Made by a program: the position numbers and the translations under genes. From an uncultured Acidimicrobiia bacterium (lineage in GTDB: Bacteria > Actinomycetota > Acidimicrobiia > Spongiisociales > UBA5794), in contig CBDUOH010000002.1 in NCBI GenBank assembly GCA_965368815.1, positions 15,090 to 79,089 of the forward strand: a DNA stretch of 64,000 bases. The letters run 5' to 3'. Below the pieces are notes generated by a model that made no database searches, was not told the DNA's origin, and saw only the letters and a program-made list of their open reading frames with translations. Positions 18,072 through 26,623 of this stretch are shown one piece after another; the first letter of the stretch is position 1, and each line of letters starts with the position of its first letter.

Positions 18072-18278
18072 TCAACTGCTTGCTGCGGGTCGCTGTTCGC
18101 CGGGGTGGATCCGCAGCCTTAGCGGTGACACGAGTCCGACCCGGCTCATCGCATCGATGGCCGTCCGCTCGTCGTCGGCAAGTTCGAGGATTCCCTGATC
18201 GCCCAGCATCGCCGTCACGATGCAATCCTCACACGCACGCGTGTCGCGCATGTCGCAGACGTCACAATCGATGATCAT
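18072..18278 (-). CDS. Small hypothetical Cys-rich protein (68 aa; CxxC-x7-CxxC zinc-ribbon-like N-terminus 'MIIDCDVCDMRDTRACEDCIV')
   Basis: It is an internal-ATG ORF within track ORF 18072..18719. Third-position GC is high, consistent with coding. It lies 36 nt upstream of the LLM gene on the same strand and diverges from queG. No family is recognised. Confidence 0.3.
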   Translation of the reverse strand: MIIDCDVCDMRDTRACEDCIVTAMLGDQGILELADDERTAIDAMSRVGLVSPLRLRIHPGEQRPAASS

Positions 18279-18356
18279 CCGTACCTCCTTTGATGCCACA
18301 AACGTATCGACGAGGTATGACAGATTCGGGTCCGTCGGCCCGATACGCTTCGTGGC

Positions 18357-19418
18357 GTGCTGGACGAGATCAGGGCGGTCGTGCCATCCGACGTGCGAGT
18401 GGGGGTCACCGACCTCGCGCCGTTCGACGATGCTCTGCGTGCAATCGAATCCCGCAACGCGGACGGGCTCAATGGCGGTCTTGGCTTCGTGTACCGCTCG
18501 CCTTCGGTCGGGGCACATCCGTCCCGGTCGTTTCCATGGGGCAGATCGATCGTCGTCACGGCGGTTCCGTATCTGGTCGATGGCGATGGTGTCGACGGTG
18601 ATCTGGACTTTCCGAACGGGCGTGGTCGCCCCATCGCACGGTTCGCCGACGGCGACCGCTACGCCAGGGTCCGTGACGTTCTTGGTCGAATCGAGCGGCG
18701 GTTGGCGTCGGGGGGTCATCGCAGTGAAGTGGTCTTCGACGACGACCGTCTGATCGATCGCGCGGTTGCGGTTCGCGCCGGTGTGGCTTGGTCAGGCAAG
18801 AGCACGATGGTGCTGGCCCCCGGTCTGGGTCCATGGTTCCTGATCGGCTCAGTCGTAACCGATGCACCGATGGCCTCCACCGAGCCGATGCGTCGCACGT
18901 GTGGCTCGTGCACAGCTTGCATTCCGGCCTGCCCGACGGAGGCAATCGTCGGGCCCGGCGTCCTCGACGCAAACCGTTGCCTTGCCGCCGTGCTCCAGCG
19001 ACCCGGGTCGATTCCCGAGGAGCTCCGATCCGCAGTCGGTGGACGGGTCTACGGTTGCGACGATTGCCTCGTCGCCTGCCCGCCCGGGGATGCGGCCCTC
19101 GGTGCGGTACCCCGTGCGAGGCCGACCCTCGGGGCCCGTGATCTGCTCGGTGCGACTGATGCCGAGCTCGATCGTGATCTTTCCCATTGGTACGTGCCCA
19201 AGCGGAACATGCGTTTTGTCCGGCGCAACGCACTCATCGCCCTTGGCAATACAGGTGACAGTTCGGACATCCCTCTCCTTGCCGGGTACGTCGGCCATCC
19301 GGATCCGCTGCTCGCCGAGCACGCAATCTGGGCCGTCCAGCGGATCGGCGGCGCCGAGGCGAAGGCGGTCATCGATGTACAGGACGTCGGTCCGGCAGTA
19401 CCTAGAGTGGCCCCATGA
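18357..19418 (+). CDS. queG: tRNA epoxyqueuosine(34) reductase QueG
   Basis: It is collinear with E. coli QueG, with the double 4Fe-4S motifs 'CGSCTACIPACPT' and 'YGCDDCLVACPP' and a C-terminal HEAT-like region 'RRNALIALGN...EHAIWAV'. Confidence 0.85.
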   Translation: MLDEIRAVVPSDVRVGVTDLAPFDDALRAIESRNADGLNGGLGFVYRSPSVGAHPSRSFPWGRSIVVTAVPYLVDGDGVDGDLDFPNGRGRPIARFADGDRYARVRDVLGRIERRLASGGHRSEVVFDDDRLIDRAVAVRAGVAWSGKSTMVLAPGLGPWFLIGSVVTDAPMASTEPMRRTCGSCTACIPACPTEAIVGPGVLDANRCLAAVLQRPGSIPEELRSAVGGRVYGCDDCLVACPPGDAALGAVPRARPTLGARDLLGATDAELDRDLSHWYVPKRNMRFVRRNALIALGNTGDSSDIPLLAGYVGHPDPLLAEHAIWAVQRIGGAEAKAVIDVQDVGPAVPRVAP

Positions 19419-19705
19419 CACTTTTCTACGGCTCGGTACTGCTCGTCGGTTCGTTGCTCGCTGGCGTGTGGCTCGTACTGGCGGCGATTGCCGGATCCGT
19501 CGATGGTTGGTCCCATGTCGATCCCGATGCGAGATGGGGTTCGCTCGGTCGATCCGTGATCGCAGGATGCATCGGATTCGGCATGGCCGGTATCTCGGTC
19601 CTCTATACGTCCTGGCCCGATTCCCTGTCGGTCGTCGCAGGGGCACTGGGTGCAGCACTGATGATCAAGGCCGCCCGTCTCTTCGGACCCACAGAGCCGT
19701 CGTGA
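19415..19705 (+). CDS. Small hypothetical membrane protein (96 aa, 2-3 TM helices)
   Basis: Its start makes an ATGA overlap with the queG stop, and its stop makes a GTGA overlap with the next gene. Hydrophobic segments are 'LLVGSLLAGVWLVLAAIAG' and 'VIAGCIGFGMAGISVLY'. Confidence 0.5.
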   Translation: MTLFYGSVLLVGSLLAGVWLVLAAIAGSVDGWSHVDPDARWGSLGRSVIAGCIGFGMAGISVLYTSWPDSLSVVAGALGAALMIKAARLFGPTEPS

Positions 19706-20460
19706 CCCTGTATCTCGTCGCCGACGTCCATGGCGCGGCGGAGGCGCTGTCGCGTGCAGCCCCTGAGGGCTCGACACTGCTTGTGCTCGGCGATCTCGTC
19801 AATCTGGTCGACTACCGCACCTTCGAAGGCATCGTGCCCGACGTGGTCGGTGTCGAGATCGTGGCTGCGATCGTGGAGCTTCGCAGTCAACTCCGTTTCG
19901 ACGATGCTTCTGCGCTGTGGGCCGACAACGCTGCGGGCAGGGTGGACGAGATCAGGGCAGAGGTAGCTCGACGCATGGAGGAGGAGTACGCACGAGTCGG
20001 CGAGGCGCTCGCCCGTTACAACGCTTTCGTCACGTATGGCAACGTCGACAGCGTCCGGCTGCTCGAGGCATCGTTGCCCGGTTCGGCCCGTTTCATCGAC
20101 ACCGACGTTATCGACATCGGCGGGTGGCGAATCGGGTTTGCCGGCGGCGGTGTTCCGTCGATCGGGTCGAGCGGCGAGGTATCCCACGCTGCGATGGCTG
20201 CCAAGCTCGACCGGCTGGGTCCCGTCGACGTACTGTGTACCCACGTTCCGCCAGCGGTCCCGATGCTTGCGTCCGATGTCATTGGTGGCAGGCCAAAGGG
20301 CTCGAGTCCGATCCTGGACTACATCAAGGAGCATCGCCCCCGATATCACTTCTTCGGCGACATCCACCAGCCCCGTGCGCTGACGTGGCGGCTGGGGGAG
20401 ACGATGTGCCGCAACGTCGGCTACTTCCGGGCGACAGGACGGGCTTTTGCCTTTGGCTGA
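19702..20460 (+). CDS. Metallophosphoesterase (calcineurin-like phosphoesterase family)
   Basis: Motifs in order are 'LVADVHG' (DxH), 'LVLGDLVN' (GD), 'TYGNVD' (GNHD-like), 'LCTHVPP' and 'FFGDIHQP' (GHxH-like). It is 252 aa with a GTG start overlapping the upstream stop. Confidence 0.75.
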   Translation: MTLYLVADVHGAAEALSRAAPEGSTLLVLGDLVNLVDYRTFEGIVPDVVGVEIVAAIVELRSQLRFDDASALWADNAAGRVDEIRAEVARRMEEEYARVGEALARYNAFVTYGNVDSVRLLEASLPGSARFIDTDVIDIGGWRIGFAGGGVPSIGSSGEVSHAAMAAKLDRLGPVDVLCTHVPPAVPMLASDVIGGRPKGSSPILDYIKEHRPRYHFFGDIHQPRALTWRLGETMCRNVGYFRATGRAFAFG

Positions 20461-21172
20461 TATCGATCTGGACGTCCTCGCCGACGGATATCGACTCCGG
20501 CCCATGTCACCGACAGCAGCCGCGAGGGCAGCGACTGTCGCCAGGCGCTGCCTCGATCCACTCCTCGATGTGGGCGGTGGCCCGGGCAACCACTCGGCGG
20601 TGTGGGCGGGCCTCGGACGCCGGGCGGTTCTGCTCGACGTGGCGCCTGCGATGATCGAAGCAGCGCGGCGACGCCCCAATGTGAGGGTGGTCCTCGGCGA
20701 TGCCCAGTGTCTTCCGTTCGCATCGAACCAGTTCGGGCTGGCCTACTTCCACATGTCGATCCACTACGGCGATTGGAGACGGACGCTCACCGAAGCAGCC
20801 CGGGTCGTGCGTCCGGGCGGGTTGATCGACGTCTGGACGTTTGATCCCGCAGACATCTCCACAAGCTCGCTCGGGCGCTGGTTTCCGTCGATCCGGCACA
20901 TCGACGAGCCGCGATTCCCTGACCCGGTTGATCTTGCAGCCCATGTCGGCGCTTTGGTCAGCTCGGTCTCGATCGCAACGATCGTCGAACCGATCGAGCG
21001 AACCGCAGCGAGCTGGACAGAGGCGGTTCGCGGTCGTTTCGTGTCCAGTCTCCAGTTCGTTCCCGACGATGAGATCGAGGCGGGCATCAGCGCGTTTCGT
21101 TCGACGCACCCGTCCGATGACGACATCTATCGCTACGAATCGGTGTTCACCCGGGTGACCTGCGTCGTGTGA
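20447..21172 (+). CDS. Class I SAM-dependent methyltransferase
   Basis: It has SAM-binding motif I 'LLDVGGGPGNHS', an acidic residue at the end of beta-2 ('LLDVAP'), and motif 'VVRPGGLI'. Its start overlaps the phosphoesterase stop by 14 nt. Confidence 0.75.
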   Translation: MPLADIDLDVLADGYRLRPMSPTAAARAATVARRCLDPLLDVGGGPGNHSAVWAGLGRRAVLLDVAPAMIEAARRRPNVRVVLGDAQCLPFASNQFGLAYFHMSIHYGDWRRTLTEAARVVRPGGLIDVWTFDPADISTSSLGRWFPSIRHIDEPRFPDPVDLAAHVGALVSSVSIATIVEPIERTAASWTEAVRGRFVSSLQFVPDDEIEAGISAFRSTHPSDDDIYRYESVFTRVTCVV

Positions 21173-21206
21173 GCGCTACGCTTCCATCGGTAGCAGCGGA
21201 CAAGGA

Positions 21207-21656
21207 GTGGCGATGGCAGTCGAGGGGACCGTGCAGCGAGTCGAAGTGTCGGCCGAGCCGCAGCATGTGTACGAAGTTGCTCTCGATCTCGAGGCCTATC
21301 CGGCATGGGCCGGAGGTGTGAAATCTGTCTCCATCGCCGAGGAGGACGAACATGGTCGCCCTGCGAAGGCCGAGTTCGTGATCGACGCGATGATCAAGGA
21401 GATCTCGGCGACCTTCGTGTACAGCTACGACTATGACAACGGATTCGCCTGGAGCGCGGTGCCCAATGACGACATCAAGTCGCTTGAAGGCAGGTACGAG
21501 TTCAACCCCATCGAGGGCGAGGCGACCGAAGTGGTCTATGCCCTCAAGGTCGAACCCGAGTTCGCCGTACCCGGGTTCCTGCGTCGGCAGGCGGAAAAGC
21601 AGATCGTCGGCACGGCATTGCGCGGGTTGAAGAAGCGGGCGGAAGCGACCTCCTGA
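21207..21656 (+). CDS. SRPBCC-superfamily protein (polyketide cyclase/dehydrase-like, START/Bet v1 fold)
   Basis: It is 149 aa and begins with the typical 'VEVSAEPQHVYEVALDLEAYPAW' N-terminus of polyketide_cyc2 proteins. Its stop overlaps the ArsA start (TGATG). Confidence 0.65.
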   Translation: MAMAVEGTVQRVEVSAEPQHVYEVALDLEAYPAWAGGVKSVSIAEEDEHGRPAKAEFVIDAMIKEISATFVYSYDYDNGFAWSAVPNDDIKSLEGRYEFNPIEGEATEVVYALKVEPEFAVPGFLRRQAEKQIVGTALRGLKKRAEATS

Positions 21657-22828
21657 TGCGGATCATCCTCGTCACCGGCAAAGGCGGTGTCGGGAAGACG
21701 ACGATTTCCGCGGCAACCGCGATCGCTGCCGCCGATCGGGGGTATCGAACCCTCGTGATGTCAACCGATCCGGCACACTCCCTCTCGGATGCATTCGACG
21801 TGCCGCTCGGCGACCAACCTTCGATGGTCGTCCCGAATCTGGACGCCCAGCAAATCGACACCCAGCAGCGACTCGAAGAGTCCTGGGGAGCGGTCCGTGA
21901 CCACCTCACGGACTTGTTCGATTGGTCCGGACTGAAGGGGATCGAGGCAGAGGAGCTGACGGTGTTCCCGGGCATGGACGAGCTGTTCTCGCTGTCGGCC
22001 GTACGGGAGCACGCACGTTCTGGCTCGTACGATGTCATCATCGTCGACTGCGCCCCGACAGCCGAAACGCTGCGTCTGCTCTCGTTGCCAGAAGTGATGT
22101 CGTGGTACATGAACAAGCTGTTCCCCGCGTCACGACGGGTCGCCAAGGTCGTGCGTCCGCTGCTGTCGAAGGTCAGTGCCATGCCGGTCGCCGACGACGC
22201 CGTGTTCGACACCTTCGCCCAGTTCTACGACCGGCTCGACGGCATCAAGGAATTGCTGTCCGATCCTGAGATCACCACGGCCCGCCTCGTGATGAACCCG
22301 GAGAAGATGGTCATCGCCGAGGCCAGGCGGACGTACACCTATCTCGGATTGTTCGGGTACGGGGTGGACGCGGCAATCGTGAATCGGGTGCTGCCCGACG
22401 TAGTCGAGGATCCATACTTCGAACGGTGGCGCAAGATCCAGGAGGGTCATCTGGCCGCCGTCGACGAAGGGTTCGCCGGTACCGATGTCCGGCGACTCCG
22501 ACTGTTCTCGGAAGAGATGGTCGGGGTGGATCGGCTCCGAATCGTCGGCGAGGAGCTCTACGGCGACCAGGACCCCACAGATCGCCTCTCGAGCGTCGAT
22601 CCACTGCGGGTTGAGGACGTCGGGGACGATGTCGCCCTTGTTGTGACTGTTCCCCTGGCGAGCAAGGGCGACGTCGAGGTGATGCGGCACGACAACGAGA
22701 TCTTCCTGACGATTGGGCCGTACCGCAGGAGCATTGTGCTGCCCGACTCATTGAAGCGGCGTACCATTGCGGGTGCCAAGCTCGACGAGGGCGAGCTGCG
22801 AGTGGTTTTCACCTTGGAGGATGCATGA
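21656..22828 (+). CDS. ArsA/Get3-family anion-transporting ATPase with a C-terminal HSP20-like (ArsA_HSP20) domain
   Basis: It has the P-loop 'VTGKGGVGKTT', the ArsA signature 'STDPAHSLSDAF', and 'IIVDCAPTAETLRLLSLPE'. The last ~90 aa ('ALVVTVPLASKGDVEV...ELRVVFTLE') form an alpha-crystallin-like beta-sandwich. Confidence 0.85.
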   Translation: MRIILVTGKGGVGKTTISAATAIAAADRGYRTLVMSTDPAHSLSDAFDVPLGDQPSMVVPNLDAQQIDTQQRLEESWGAVRDHLTDLFDWSGLKGIEAEELTVFPGMDELFSLSAVREHARSGSYDVIIVDCAPTAETLRLLSLPEVMSWYMNKLFPASRRVAKVVRPLLSKVSAMPVADDAVFDTFAQFYDRLDGIKELLSDPEITTARLVMNPEKMVIAEARRTYTYLGLFGYGVDAAIVNRVLPDVVEDPYFERWRKIQEGHLAAVDEGFAGTDVRRLRLFSEEMVGVDRLRIVGEELYGDQDPTDRLSSVDPLRVEDVGDDVALVVTVPLASKGDVEVMRHDNEIFLTIGPYRRSIVLPDSLKRRTIAGAKLDEGELRVVFTLEDA

Positions 22829-23010
22829 GCCAGGAACAATCGGATCCGCTTGTCACCGCCGTCAGGTCGGCTGTCGGCCACCTCGGGAAAGCGGGTTTCG
22901 AGGTCGTCGCAGCGCTTGGTGCGTTGGCGACCGGACTCAGCAGGAAGCTCCGCAGCGACAACACCGACGACGACGTCGACGGTGGCCCTGAGCGGATCCA
23001 GGTGGACTGA
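22825..23010 (+). CDS. Small hypothetical protein (61 aa), translationally coupled (ATGA) to the ArsA-family ATPase
   Basis: It is ORF 'MSQEQSDPLVTAVRSAVGHLGKAGFEVVAALGALATGLSRKLRSDNTDDDVDGGPERIQVD', with an amphipathic helix and an acidic tail. The 4-nt overlap with the ArsA stop is the only support for it being a gene. Confidence 0.35.
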   Translation: MSQEQSDPLVTAVRSAVGHLGKAGFEVVAALGALATGLSRKLRSDNTDDDVDGGPERIQVD

Positions 23011-23039
23011 CGTCCATCGACGACTGATACCCTTGCACC

Positions 23040-23966
23040 ATGACGGTCATTGGTGTCGACATCGGAGGGACAAAGGCGTTCGGCGTCCGCATGGAAGCGG
23101 ACGACCGACGGTTCGATGAGCGTTTTCTGCTCGACCGCTCCATGGACCTCGTCGATGCGATCGCGCTCGCCATCGACAAGGTGGCCGATGGCCCGGTCGA
23201 TGGCATCGGCGTCGGCATCGCCGGTCTGGTTCGGATGCCAGACGGTGTGCTCGTATGGGGACCGCACGTGTCGGGTACCGACATCCAGGTGAAGTCCGAA
23301 CTCGAGGACCGCTATCAGACCCCTGTGGTCGTCGACAATGACGCAAACACCGCAGCACTTGCCGAGTTCAGGATCGGTGCAGGAGCAGGCTATGACAATG
23401 GGCTCCTCGTCACGCTCGGAACAGGAATCGGCGGTGCCGTGGTCATCGACAAGAAGGTCTACCGGGGTGGAGGTTTTGCCGGCGAGTGGGGGCACGTTCG
23501 CGTCGAGGTGGGGGGCCTGCTGTGTGACTGCGGCAAACGGGGATGCTGGGAGACCCGCGCATCGGGACCCGCTCTGATGCGTCTCGCTCGTGAGGTGGTG
23601 GCTGCCAATCCGGACGGGTCCCTGGCACGCGCGCTCGGGTCCGAGCCCATAACCGGCGAGTCCGTCATCGCCGTCGCGGATGCCGGCGAGGAGACAGCGC
23701 GGGCGCTCGTCACGGAGGTCGGGCGGGCGTTCGGACAGGGGATCGCCGACCTGATCGCGATCTTCGACCCCGAAGTCGTCATCATCGGAGGTGGCCTCGG
23801 TTCCGTCGGCGAGTCCATCGTCGGGCCCGCGAGAAGGATCGTGAGGGATTCGATCCACGGTGGAAAACTGCGCGTGCCGCCTACGATCCAGGTAGCGGCG
23901 CTCGGACAGGCCTCGGGTGCCGTCGGCGCTGCCGTCCTGGCCAGGGAGGAGCTGCATGTCCGCTGA
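23040..23966 (+). CDS. ROK-family sugar kinase (glucokinase / polyphosphate glucokinase-like)
   Basis: The N-terminus is 'MTVIGVDIGGTK', followed by the ROK signature region 'GTGIGGAVV' and the zinc site 'CDCGKRGCWE'. Confidence 0.85.
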   Translation: MTVIGVDIGGTKAFGVRMEADDRRFDERFLLDRSMDLVDAIALAIDKVADGPVDGIGVGIAGLVRMPDGVLVWGPHVSGTDIQVKSELEDRYQTPVVVDNDANTAALAEFRIGAGAGYDNGLLVTLGTGIGGAVVIDKKVYRGGGFAGEWGHVRVEVGGLLCDCGKRGCWETRASGPALMRLAREVVAANPDGSLARALGSEPITGESVIAVADAGEETARALVTEVGRAFGQGIADLIAIFDPEVVIIGGGLGSVGESIVGPARRIVRDSIHGGKLRVPPTIQVAALGQASGAVGAAVLAREELHVR

Positions 23967-24378
23967 ACATCTTCCACGTCCCCTTGAGGCAGTCGACTCG
24001 CGTGAACCGATTCCACGACGCTCGTGGAACGAGATCGGCGCCGAGGTCGTGCTCCTGCTTCCGAACATCGCGAAACTCCTGTCGCGCCTGATGCGAGATC
24101 CCCGTGTGCCCATTCGACGCAAGGTGTTCGTCGGTTCGGTCGCGGCCTACGTCGCTTCCCCGATCGACATCATCCCCGACTTTGTCGTCGGCGTCGGGCG
24201 CCTCGACGACATCATCCTCATCTCCCTTGCGATCGACCACCTGATGAAAGGTGCCGATGCCGAGATCGTCCTTGAGCATTGGGACGGCTCCATCGATGCG
24301 CTCGACCTTGTCCGATCGGTGTTCACGTGGGCTGCTGACATCCTTCCGAGTGGGATCAGGCGGTTCCTTCCCACGTAA
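23955..24378 (+). CDS. DUF1232 (YkvA-like) domain membrane protein
   Basis: It has the hallmark 'YVASPIDIIPDFVVGVGRLDDIIL'. The start is chosen at 'MSAEHL', overlapping the ROK kinase stop. The track ORF starts at 23917. Confidence 0.65.
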
Positions 24379-24419
24379 GGGATTCCCGTTTCGGTGTCTG
24401 ACCGGCGTATCGTCGGGCA

Positions 24420-25610
24420 ATGGAATTCCGACGCATCGACAATCTGCCTCCGTATGTGTTCGCTGAGGTGAACCAACGCAAGCTTGAGGCACGGCGAGCC
24501 GGCGTCGACGTGATCGACCTCGGCTTCGGCAATCCGGACATCCCATCACCGCCCGGAGTCGTCGAGAAACTGGTCGAAGCCGCATCCCAGGGCAAGAACC
24601 ACCGATACTCGGCCTCACGCGGGATTCCCAACCTGCGCAAGGCCGTCGCCGACCGATATCAACGGGCGTTCGGCGTCACCCTGGATCCCGAAACCGAGGT
24701 CATCAACACGATCGGGGCGAAGGAGGGGTTGTCGCATCTGATGTGGACCCTGGTGCAGCCGGGTGATGTCGCCCTGGTACCCGAACCCTCATACCCGATC
24801 CACATCTACGCACCGGTGCTTGCGGGTGCCGAGGTCCGTCGGGTGCACCTGAGCACGGATGCCGATTTCTTCGACAGGCTCACCGCCGCCTTCCGGACGT
24901 CGTGGCCGAAACCACGGGTGATCGTGACATCGTTCCCACACAACCCGACGACCGTGAGCGTCGATCTCGATTTCTTCAAACGGCTCGTTGATTTCGCCCA
25001 TCGCAACGATGTCGCCCTTGTCCATGATTTCGCCTACGCCGACATCGCCTTCGACGGGTATCGACCACCATCGTTGCTCCAGGTCGACGGTGCCAAAGAA
25101 GTCGCAGTCGAGCTCTACACACTGTCCAAATCCCACTCGATGGCCGGATGGCGGGTCGGCTTCGTGGTCGGCAACGCGCAGATCGTTGCTGCTCTCCAGC
25201 AGCTCAAGTCGTACCTGGACTACGGGACCTTCCAACCGATCCAGATTGCGTCGATCATCGCCCTCAATGAGCACGATGCCTACATCGGTGAGGTCGTCGA
25301 CGAATACCGGGTGCGTCGTGACACGCTCATCGAAGGGCTCGCCCAGGCGGGATGGCACGTCACCCCACCGGAGGCCACGATGTTCGTGTGGGCCAAGATC
25401 CCCGAGAGCCATGCCCACATGGGAAGTCTTGCGTTTGCGCTTGATCTGCTCGATCGTGCGGCAGTCGCCGTCAGCCCCGGGATCGGGTTCGGTCCCTCCG
25501 GCGACGGCCATGTGCGTTTCGCCCTGGTTGAGAACGCCCAACGGATCGCCCAGGCGATGCGGAACATCCGCCGGTACCTCGCAGTCCCTCCGGTCACAGG
25601 GAACATGTGA
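24420..25610 (+). CDS. PLP-dependent class I aminotransferase, AlaA-type (glutamate-pyruvate aminotransferase-like)
   Basis: It is near-collinear with E. coli AlaA (YfbQ) throughout. Matching blocks include 'RIDNLPPYVF', 'IDLGFGNPD', 'SASRGIP', 'SYPIH', 'YTLSKSHSMAGWRVGF' with the PLP lysine, and 'VSPGIGFGPSGDGHVRFAL'. Confidence 0.85.
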   Translation: MEFRRIDNLPPYVFAEVNQRKLEARRAGVDVIDLGFGNPDIPSPPGVVEKLVEAASQGKNHRYSASRGIPNLRKAVADRYQRAFGVTLDPETEVINTIGAKEGLSHLMWTLVQPGDVALVPEPSYPIHIYAPVLAGAEVRRVHLSTDADFFDRLTAAFRTSWPKPRVIVTSFPHNPTTVSVDLDFFKRLVDFAHRNDVALVHDFAYADIAFDGYRPPSLLQVDGAKEVAVELYTLSKSHSMAGWRVGFVVGNAQIVAALQQLKSYLDYGTFQPIQIASIIALNEHDAYIGEVVDEYRVRRDTLIEGLAQAGWHVTPPEATMFVWAKIPESHAHMGSLAFALDLLDRAAVAVSPGIGFGPSGDGHVRFALVENAQRIAQAMRNIRRYLAVPPVTGNM

Positions 25611-25671
25611 AACGCCGCGTGGTTGCAGTAAGTCAGACAAGCCACCGATCAGGTCAATGGGGTCCACAACG

Positions 25672-26598
25672 ATGACATACGCAGTTCTGTTCCCGGGTCA
25701 GGGCTCGCAGACCGTCGGCATGGGTGCCGACGTGCGCGCCGCGAGGCCTGACCTGTTCGCCGACGCCAGCACGGACATCCTCGGCTGGGACCTCGATGGC
25801 CTCATCGACAACGGACCACAGGAGCGGCTCACCGAGACACAGCACGCCCAGCCGGCGCTGTACGCAACGTCGTTTGCCCTGTTCGACGAGTTCCGCAAGG
25901 CGGTCCGCTCGGATCCCTCCGCCGCAGCGGGTCATTCGCTCGGGGAATACACGGCACTTGCGGCTGCAGGCAGCGTCTCGTACGCCGACGGGCTGCGTCT
26001 CGTGGCTGAGCGGGGCAGGGCCATGGCCGAATGCGCAAACAACAGCGCATCGGGCATGGCGGCGCTGATCGGGGCCGATGCCGACGCTGCCGAAGCGATT
26101 GCTGCTTCCCGTCGGGCCGACGGCGGGCAGCTCTACGTCGCCAACCTCAACGCACCGGGCCAGATCGTCGTCGCGGGCGGAACCGATGACATCGAATGGC
26201 TGGTTGAACACGCCCGTGAACTCGGTGTTCGTCGAGCCATCCCGCTCGATGTCGCGGGCGGGTTCCATTCCCCGTTCATGGCAGACGCTGCCAGTGCGCT
26301 CGAGTCCGCGCTCCGAGCGGTCGATTTCGCGGCTCCGGCATTCGACGTGTACGCCAATGCGACAGCCATGCCGACATCCGATGTGGCCACCACGCTGTCC
26401 GAGCAATTGACCGCGCCGGTCCGCTTCGCCGAATCGCTCGAGAACATGGCGGACGCAGGGATCACAACGTTCGTCCACGTGGGGCCGGGCGACGTGACGG
26501 CGGGTCTCGTGAAACGAACGATCAGTGACGCCGTGGTGCATGTGGTGTCAGGCCTCGATCAAGTGCACGCGGTCGTGGAATCCCTGTCCGTACAATGA
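25672..26598 (+). CDS. fabD: Malonyl-CoA:ACP transacylase
   Basis: It starts 'MTYAVLFPGQGSQ', has the active-site 'GHSLGEY', and is 308 aa. It is the internal start within track ORF 24988..26598. Confidence 0.9.
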   Translation: MTYAVLFPGQGSQTVGMGADVRAARPDLFADASTDILGWDLDGLIDNGPQERLTETQHAQPALYATSFALFDEFRKAVRSDPSAAAGHSLGEYTALAAAGSVSYADGLRLVAERGRAMAECANNSASGMAALIGADADAAEAIAASRRADGGQLYVANLNAPGQIVVAGGTDDIEWLVEHARELGVRRAIPLDVAGGFHSPFMADAASALESALRAVDFAAPAFDVYANATAMPTSDVATTLSEQLTAPVRFAESLENMADAGITTFVHVGPGDVTAGLVKRTISDAVVHVVSGLDQVHAVVESLSVQ

Positions 26599-26623
26599 AC
26601 TGCACGTCTGAGAAAGGGATCGC

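Noticed and set aside
18440-18452. The T-loop-like motif 'TCGAATCC', which could indicate a tRNA gene.
   Set aside because: It lies inside the queG coding sequence (codons for 'AIESRN'), and there is no surrounding cloverleaf-compatible context.
22809-24122. A 437-aa minus-strand ORF antisense to the ArsA-ATPase small ORF, ROK kinase and DUF1232 genes.
   Set aside because: Its composition is Arg/Gly/Pro-rich and low in complexity, which is typical of high-GC antisense frames. The plus-strand genes carry clear family motifs (ROK CxCGxxGC, DUF1232 hallmark).
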